DNA of 64,000 nt from contig JAPDJY010000030.1 of NCBI GenBank assembly GCA_029258835.1, positions 1 to 64,000 on the forward strand, in the 5' to 3' direction. This DNA comes from Thermoproteota archaeon (GTDB taxonomy: Archaea; Asgardarchaeota; Jordiarchaeia; Jordiarchaeales; Freyrarchaeaceae). The notes under the pieces were generated by a model. The model was not told where the DNA came from, searched no databases, and saw only the letters and a program-made list of their open reading frames with translations. This document shows positions 58,139 to 64,000 of the stretch, piece after piece (positions within the stretch are counted from its first letter, which is position 1; every line of letters begins with the position of its first letter). Made by a program: the position numbers and the translations under genes.

Positions 58139-60144
58139 GCCCTTTTTATCTCGCTAAAAAGCTCTATAGCATTAGCTTTAACACTGGAGAAATCCTTCTT
58201 TGAAATATAATTGTTCTTTAAGAGGAAGTTCAGCCCATCATATAGCTTTAACTCCACCTCTTTCTGACTCAAAATGTTCATCATATCCAAAATATCTCTT
58301 ATGCCCTTAGCGAACTCCGGATTTTTCAGGTGTTCTTCGAACCGTTCCTTTAAAAAGCTGGCTACCGGCGTAATGTTAATCGGTAATGCCCCCCTCTTTA
58401 AACCCAAACTAGGCTTAGGCTCACCTCTTCTAGAGAGTACCATAGGTGGAATGACGATTATACGTGACTTGCCATCCTCCGCCATCTCAGCAATGTAAAT
58501 GCTCAAGTACACCGGCTGCACCTCTTCAACATCAAAAATCCTAACCATCAACTTCACCAGTTTTGCCTCGTCTTCCTCCTGAACCTTCAAAAGCCTCTCC
58601 AAATACTCGTAAAGTGCCCTCAGCTTTTTACGGTACGTTTCCTTAACCTTCTCCACTTCCAATATGCGCCTTCTCATTTCCCTCTCCACGACACTTACCC
58701 TCTCCTGTTCTTTCAACATTAATTCCCGAAACGTCTTCTCCATCAGTTGCCTCTCTCTCCGCACCTCCTTCAGCACATTCTCCACTCTCTTCTTAGCATC
58801 CCTCAACATACTCTGAGATAACTCCATGTACTTCCTCAGTCCATCAATGCGTTCCACAGCCTGCCTTAAAAGGCCTATACTTTCCTCCAGCATTACCTCC
58901 TTACAAGCCTCCCCCCCAATGTTAGACGTGAATTTTAAGAATCCATTTAGTAATGAAGTAAGTGAGCCAATTTTCTCCTCAACGTCCAAAAATGCCTTCC
59001 TTGCTTCTTCATGAAGCCAAGCATTTAGCTCCTTAACCTTCTGAAACTTTTCGCCCTCAAGCCTTACCTTGTTATCTTCAACTTCCCTCCTAACCTTCTC
59101 AAGCTTCTCTGAGTACTCCCTCTCAACGTTCTCCCTTTCCCTCTTCAACATTTCAAAGTACGCCTCTGCAACCCCTACAACCCCCCCACTCAGCCTTTTC
59201 AGCCTCTCAGCGTTCTCCCTTACATCCTCCAGTATTCTCATAAAATCTCCTCTTATCCTTTCAAGCGCCTCCCTCCTTAAAGTCGGCCTCAAAACAGCCG
59301 CACCCTTAACCCTAACCATCCGCGCACTACTAAGTAACGACGCCAGCTCCTCAGCATACTCATAACCTACAAGGCTGTTAATCGAGAAAGATCTCCTTTC
59401 CCCTCCTTTCCTAAGAAACGACATAATCCTCTCTATAACTTCGAGAGGATCTCCCTCCTTATCTAGGCTTGCCTCAATATGCTCAAAACTTGGAGGTGAA
59501 AAAAAGTCTATAGTCATCGGGTCCTCAAATATCCCATCTACAATCAAATTTCCTCCCTCTCCACACGGGACAATCCAGAAAGGCCAGAGAAAATTAGCTA
59601 CAGCAGTAATACGCATTTCCTTCCTCCGCAACAGCTTCAATCCCTGAGACCTAATAGCCTCCAAAAACAAGAACACCCCAGCAAGCTCAACATCAAAAGA
59701 GGCAGCTTCACCACCCTCCACAGTCAAAAAGGGAGTAGAGAAAACCTCCTTAACCATCAAACGAGAATTATACTCCTTAACCAGCGAGTCCAAAACGCTG
59801 TTAAAAAAGTCTGAAGGAAGGGGCTTAACATGTTCTCCACCAATCTCCCCCTCAAACTTCCTAAAAAATTCCTCTGCAACCTGAGCAAGAAAACCCCTAG
59901 CGACCTCTTCATCGTCTCCCACGTCGACAGCGACAGCGAAAATAAGATCTCCCGATATCTTATACACGAAAACGGTATCCTCCATAGCCATAGTTTGAAT
60001 CCCGCCATGCCCTATCTCCTTCGCGAAGGAGAAAACTGCCGCGAGAAAACCCGAAAGAAGAGCCTCGTCAACCTCACCACCCCCATAACTCCTATGGAAA
60101 ACAGGACTACCCGACCTCTGAAAAACATAAAATTCCCGGATCAT
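58135..60144 (-). CDS. Longin-like domain protein with a long coiled coil
   Basis: N-terminal MIREFYVFQRSG...DEALLSGFLAAVFSFAKEI pattern; central heptad-rich region. Confidence 0.7.
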   Translation of the reverse strand: MIREFYVFQRSGSPVFHRSYGGGEVDEALLSGFLAAVFSFAKEIGHGGIQTMAMEDTVFVYKISGDLIFAVAVDVGDDEEVARGFLAQVAEEFFRKFEGEIGGEHVKPLPSDFFNSVLDSLVKEYNSRLMVKEVFSTPFLTVEGGEAASFDVELAGVFLFLEAIRSQGLKLLRRKEMRITAVANFLWPFWIVPCGEGGNLIVDGIFEDPMTIDFFSPPSFEHIEASLDKEGDPLEVIERIMSFLRKGGERRSFSINSLVGYEYAEELASLLSSARMVRVKGAAVLRPTLRREALERIRGDFMRILEDVRENAERLKRLSGGVVGVAEAYFEMLKRERENVEREYSEKLEKVRREVEDNKVRLEGEKFQKVKELNAWLHEEARKAFLDVEEKIGSLTSLLNGFLKFTSNIGGEACKEVMLEESIGLLRQAVERIDGLRKYMELSQSMLRDAKKRVENVLKEVRRERQLMEKTFRELMLKEQERVSVVEREMRRRILEVEKVKETYRKKLRALYEYLERLLKVQEEDEAKLVKLMVRIFDVEEVQPVYLSIYIAEMAEDGKSRIIVIPPMVLSRRGEPKPSLGLKRGALPINITPVASFLKERFEEHLKNPEFAKGIRDILDMMNILSQKEVELKLYDGLNFLLKNNYISKKDFSSVKANAIELFSEIKRA

Positions 60145-60574
60145 ACTCCCCACCAGAAACCAAATCAGCCATTAACTTCCAGCTAAAACACCCCCTCTTA
60201 AGAAAAACCTCCACTAAAACACAGAAACTTAATCATCCCTCCTAACTCCTTCAACCTTAGATCAAATATAAAAATGTCATAGCTCTCAAATATGAGTTTT
60301 ACGTGTTCCCTATCTTCAACTCCTCCCTCCCCCCTTTAGAATTTAAAGCAGAAATGTTAACGGAACAACCTCCCTAAAAAAAGAAAATTCTACTGAAAGT
60401 ATTCTACTGAAAACCCTTAAGCTATAAACCGCTTTTAAATATTTAAAGGTTTAAACCCATTAAACGATTAACCTTTTCGATCAAACCACCCGAAAACTTT
60501 TTATTTACAATAGAATTATATCCAACAACCAAACCACCAAAGAAGCTAATCTCAACATGCCAGGAGGATGGAAA

Positions 60575-60850
60575 ATGTCCGAAGAAAACAGCATATACGT
60601 AGGTTCAAAGCCAGTCATGAACTATGTCCTAGCCTGCATTACCCTATTCCACAATGGAAAGGACGAGGTTACTATTAAGGCAAGAGGCAGATCTATCAGT
60701 AGGGCGGTGGATGTAGCTGAAATAGTTAGGAACCGTTTCATGAGCGATGTTTACCCGAAGGAGATCAGAATCGGCACTGAGACGATAAACACGGAGACCG
60801 GTAACCCTATCAACGTTTCAACTATTGAAATAGTGCTTGCCAAGAAGTAA
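60575..60850 (+). CDS. albA: DNA/RNA-binding protein Alba
   Basis: [29 protein letters not shown] and VSTIEIVL motifs. Confidence 0.96.
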   Translation: MSEENSIYVGSKPVMNYVLACITLFHNGKDEVTIKARGRSISRAVDVAEIVRNRFMSDVYPKEIRIGTETINTETGNPINVSTIEIVLAKK

Positions 60851-61014
60851 ATTCTATAGAAGGCCTTTCTTAAGGAACCTTTCTCTTTTTCTTACTTAAA
60901 TCCTTTACAGGAATTTTTCAGTAAAAATTAATTTTGCCTGAAAGTAATACTCCTTTCGGTGTTAGCATATTAAAATGAAATCTAATGTGGCTGGATTGAT
61001 GTGAAGTATTGGTG

Positions 61015-62364
61015 ATGGCTTTGAGCGTTCATCCGTGTGAATACAGGTATTATACTCCTGAGATGAAGGAGATATTTACCGAGGAAAGTAAGCTTCAGAA
61101 GTGGTTGGAGGTTGAGGCTGCGCTTGCAAGAGCTCATGCAAGGCTGGGTAGGATTCCCGTTGAGGCGGCGGAGGAAATTTCGCGGAAGGCCTCGGTTAAG
61201 TACGTTCGGCTCGAACGCGTTAAGGAGATCGAGAGGGAGATAAGTCATGACGTGATGGCTATGGTTAGGGCTCTCTCGGAGGTTTGTGAGGGCGACGCGG
61301 GAAAGTACGTTCACTTGGGAGCTACGAGCTACGATATAGTTGATACGGCATGGGCCTTAATCCTTAAAGATGCCATCTCTATTGTGGAAGGGCGGCTTGA
61401 GGAGTTGAAGGACACTCTCTTAGATTTGGCTCTAGAGCATAAGGAGACTGTTTGTGTGGGGCGTACCCATGGACAGCATGCCTTACCTTTCACTTACGGC
61501 ATGAAGTTCGCCATATGGGCTAGTGAGGTGAACAGGCACATAGAACGTCTCAGGGAATGCGCTAGAAGGGTTATAGTTGGGAAGATGAGCGGTGCCGTTG
61601 GGACGATGGCCGGTTTCGGCAAGGATGGCTTTGAAATTCAAAGGCTGGTTATGGAGGAGCTGGGGATAGGTGAGGTGGAAATAGCAAATCAGATAGTTCC
61701 CCGGGACGGTTATGCAGAACTGATCCTTTTAAATGCCCTTATAGCTGCAACCCTAACCAGGATTGCCAAAGAAATTAGGAACCTCCAAAGGACGGAGATT
61801 GGGGAGGTTTTCGAGCCCTTTGGAGCCAAGCAGGTTGGCTCCTCAACGATGAGCCATAAGAGGAACCCTCACAAATCCGAGAGGGTGTGCGGCATTTCGA
61901 GGGTGATAATGTCTCACGTTTTCCCCGCCTTAGAGAATGCCGCTCTCATAGAACATGAGCGAGACCTGACAAATTCGTCTGCTGAGCGCATAATCCTCCC
62001 TGAATCCTTCATCCTTTTGGACTACGTTCTAACCCAACTGATCCAGATACTTAGGGGTCTAGAGTTCAACTATGAAAACATAGAGCGAAACCTGAACTTG
62101 ACCGGCGGCCTCTTGATGAGCGAGAATGTAATGCTAAACTTGGTTAGGAAGGGGATGGGAAGGCAGGAGGCACACGAAATACTTAGGGAGATAGCGGTTA
62201 AATGTGTTAGGGAGAAGGTACCCTTTAAAAAGGCGATTTTAAGCCACGAGGTTCTCGGGAAAATGGTCACCGAGAAGGAGCTCGACGAATGGCTTAACCC
62301 TCGAAACTACATAGGTACAGCGGTTGAGCAGGTTGAAAAGCTGGCTAAACAGCTTAGAAGCTAA
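61015..62364 (+). CDS. purB: Adenylosuccinate lyase
   Basis: HDVMA, HLGATSYD, GRTHGQHA, GSSTMSHKRNP and HERDL motifs. Confidence 0.95.
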   Translation: MALSVHPCEYRYYTPEMKEIFTEESKLQKWLEVEAALARAHARLGRIPVEAAEEISRKASVKYVRLERVKEIEREISHDVMAMVRALSEVCEGDAGKYVHLGATSYDIVDTAWALILKDAISIVEGRLEELKDTLLDLALEHKETVCVGRTHGQHALPFTYGMKFAIWASEVNRHIERLRECARRVIVGKMSGAVGTMAGFGKDGFEIQRLVMEELGIGEVEIANQIVPRDGYAELILLNALIAATLTRIAKEIRNLQRTEIGEVFEPFGAKQVGSSTMSHKRNPHKSERVCGISRVIMSHVFPALENAALIEHERDLTNSSAERIILPESFILLDYVLTQLIQILRGLEFNYENIERNLNLTGGLLMSENVMLNLVRKGMGRQEAHEILREIAVKCVREKVPFKKAILSHEVLGKMVTEKELDEWLNPRNYIGTAVEQVEKLAKQLRS

Positions 62365-63614
62365 ACAGCAGAAAACTCCTTAAGAGTTTTCTGCTTTAAA
62401 AGGACGTCTAGTAGTTTGCTCTTACTCTCCCAATACTTCCATTCAACCTTAAGGTTCGACTTAACGAAGCTAAGTGCTTCACTCAACGTTTCGAAAACGA
62501 ATGGCTTCCTCCTTAGAGCATTCCTAACGGTTTCCCTTATCACCCAAACCCCTAAGGGCATGATGTAGCCTGGCCTAACCTCACGAAAAACGATGGTTAA
62601 AGCCTGCCTTCTAACCCTAGCCAGATACTCTGCTACAGCTAATCGTGCCGCATAATATGCTCCGGCGACGTTACTTGCATACCTCTTACGGCCCCTGTGA
62701 TCCTCATAATCCCCAACGACGACAGGTGCGACATTTCTCATAAGCCAAGCCGTGCCAGGGTACCATGCCTCAAGCTGTTCAAACCCCCAGGAATGGGGCA
62801 CCATAACTATTAGGAAGTGATTGTCAAGGTATGATTCTCTGAAAACAAGTATCTTATCTATCTCTGGGTAAAGCTTGACCTTGGCTATTATTCTACGTGA
62901 AATAACGTCGTCCGTAGCGGTTATCGCCCACCTAGTTGGAACAAGCCTCCTACCTCTACCAGTTCCAAGTAAAGCTGCCGAAAGTAAACGTGAAACATAA
63001 CTTACGGGAATCCCTTCAAAGTACAGGTAAGCTATCGCCTCTTCCGCTTTAAGATCCTCATCATAAATGGCCTTGTCGACTTGCCGTGGAACCAGCGGCT
63101 CCTCGGCAATCTTAAACTCCCTTAAGGGTGCCATGGGACCCATAGGCTGCGAGTGGCTGTCAAACTCCACCTTAAAACGAGGCGTTCTCTCCAGTGAAAC
63201 CTCGACATCGACAGGCCTAGCACTCATAGCCGCCTCCCGTGCCTCTGAAAGAATCCTCCCACCACCCCGTTCTCCCTTTACGTCAACTTTAACGGAAGCC
63301 CTTATAAGAACACTCCTATACCTTAGAATCTCATCTATACTCTTACCAAACCAGTCTTCAACCTTGTCAAAGACCTCGACGTTTCTCCCAGTAATCGGTG
63401 GAACCATGGGTCCCGCCGAAACCATTGGATAACCGTAATGCCCCACGAAAAAGGATGGAGGTGATGAGCCGAAAAACTCCCGCTTTAAAGTGGCCTTTTT
63501 AACCGGCATGAAGGATGCCACTTTCACGAGGATCGGGCAACGAGGCTTACCACATAGCAACCTTGAACCCTTACATACAACACATATATCCCGTGGGAGT
63601 CGCGGTTTAACCAT
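62361..63614 (-). CDS. nreA: Nre family DNA repair protein
   Basis: CVVCKG..LLCG..CP, GSSPPS, RRLVPTRWAITATD, GAYYAARL and PLGVWVIRE motifs; C-terminal PIP box QKTLKEF. Confidence 0.9.
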   Translation of the reverse strand: MVKPRLPRDICVVCKGSRLLCGKPRCPILVKVASFMPVKKATLKREFFGSSPPSFFVGHYGYPMVSAGPMVPPITGRNVEVFDKVEDWFGKSIDEILRYRSVLIRASVKVDVKGERGGGRILSEAREAAMSARPVDVEVSLERTPRFKVEFDSHSQPMGPMAPLREFKIAEEPLVPRQVDKAIYDEDLKAEEAIAYLYFEGIPVSYVSRLLSAALLGTGRGRRLVPTRWAITATDDVISRRIIAKVKLYPEIDKILVFRESYLDNHFLIVMVPHSWGFEQLEAWYPGTAWLMRNVAPVVVGDYEDHRGRKRYASNVAGAYYAARLAVAEYLARVRRQALTIVFREVRPGYIMPLGVWVIRETVRNALRRKPFVFETLSEALSFVKSNLKVEWKYWESKSKLLDVLLKQKTLKEFSAV

Positions 63615-63841
63615 GGTAATCCTACCAGAAGGCCTCTAAATTCCTCAGCACTAATTTATGAAAAAAGGAAAAACAATGCAAAAATCTTTCTCTAAATTTA
63701 GGCTGTTATACGTGCACCTTTATTCAACCTGCTGAAAGGCTGAGTATGGAAGCTGTAGGCAAAACCTAGCAAAAAACAGGAAAGATTTGTAATAAAAATT
63801 TGTAATAAAAAAGTGTTTTTGTGTTAACTCTGTTTTCCTGT

Positions 63842-64000
63842 TTATGCGAAGGCGCCTTCTACTAGGATTGCTACAGCTGCACCGATTATCGCAATGATGC
63901 CGCCAAGGACTGCTAGGAGTGCCATGCCTAAAGTACCCATTGTCGCTGCTCCAAGGATCAACTCTATGATTCCTAAGATCAACACAATAGCAGTGCTTGC
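63842..64000 (-). CDS. Partial (C-terminal) small membrane protein
   Basis: Open hydrophobic frame ASTAIVLILGIIELILG...LVEGAFA* running in from the window edge. Confidence 0.6.
   Translation of the reverse strand, partial: ASTAIVLILGIIELILGAATMGTLGMALLAVLGGIIAIIGAAVAILVEGAFA

Noticed and set aside
60387-60412. 12-bp direct repeat ATTCTACTGAAA x2 (and ATTTGTAATAAAA x2 at 63785-63810)
   Set aside because: Only two AT-rich copies each. Not CRISPR or a recognisable origin box; they may be promoter elements or slippage, but no function can be supported.
1-64000. CRISPR array, rRNA, integrase or full-length transposase
   Set aside because: No repeat-spacer array, rRNA-like tract or recognisable transposase/integrase ORF was seen.

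Overview
Gene-dense archaeal chromosomal segment of mostly housekeeping and metabolic genes. It carries leuC/leuD/leuB-type genes, archaeal metK, an ABC exporter, nurA-herA, RIO2, Sm, thiC, a Get3/ArsA ATPase, an FGGY kinase-glpABC-alkyl-DHAP-synthase-like operon, archaeal CoA genes (mfnA/ADC, panE, pps, pok, coaBC), pyrF, pdxST, ino1, GGGP synthase, pheA, cofGH, alba, purB and nreA. A Rab-like GTPase, a tandem roadblock protein and a longin-domain protein suggest an Asgard archaeon (inference). Main finding: leuD is split by a 27-nt insert (1897-1923) with two in-frame stops. The insert folds into a canonical bulge-helix-bulge (BHB) motif, and standard tRNA-endonuclease cleavage restores the conserved IIPGKY motif exactly, so it is a candidate tRNA-type intron in an mRNA. 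About 1.5 kb away, a tRNA-Gly(TCC) carries two non-canonical BHB introns with related sequence. Two structured, apparently related non-coding elements (1-127 and 17724-17880) resemble IS200/IS605 (TnpB omega-RNA) right ends; one truncates a CCG-domain gene. All assignments come from reading motifs by eye; no searches were run.
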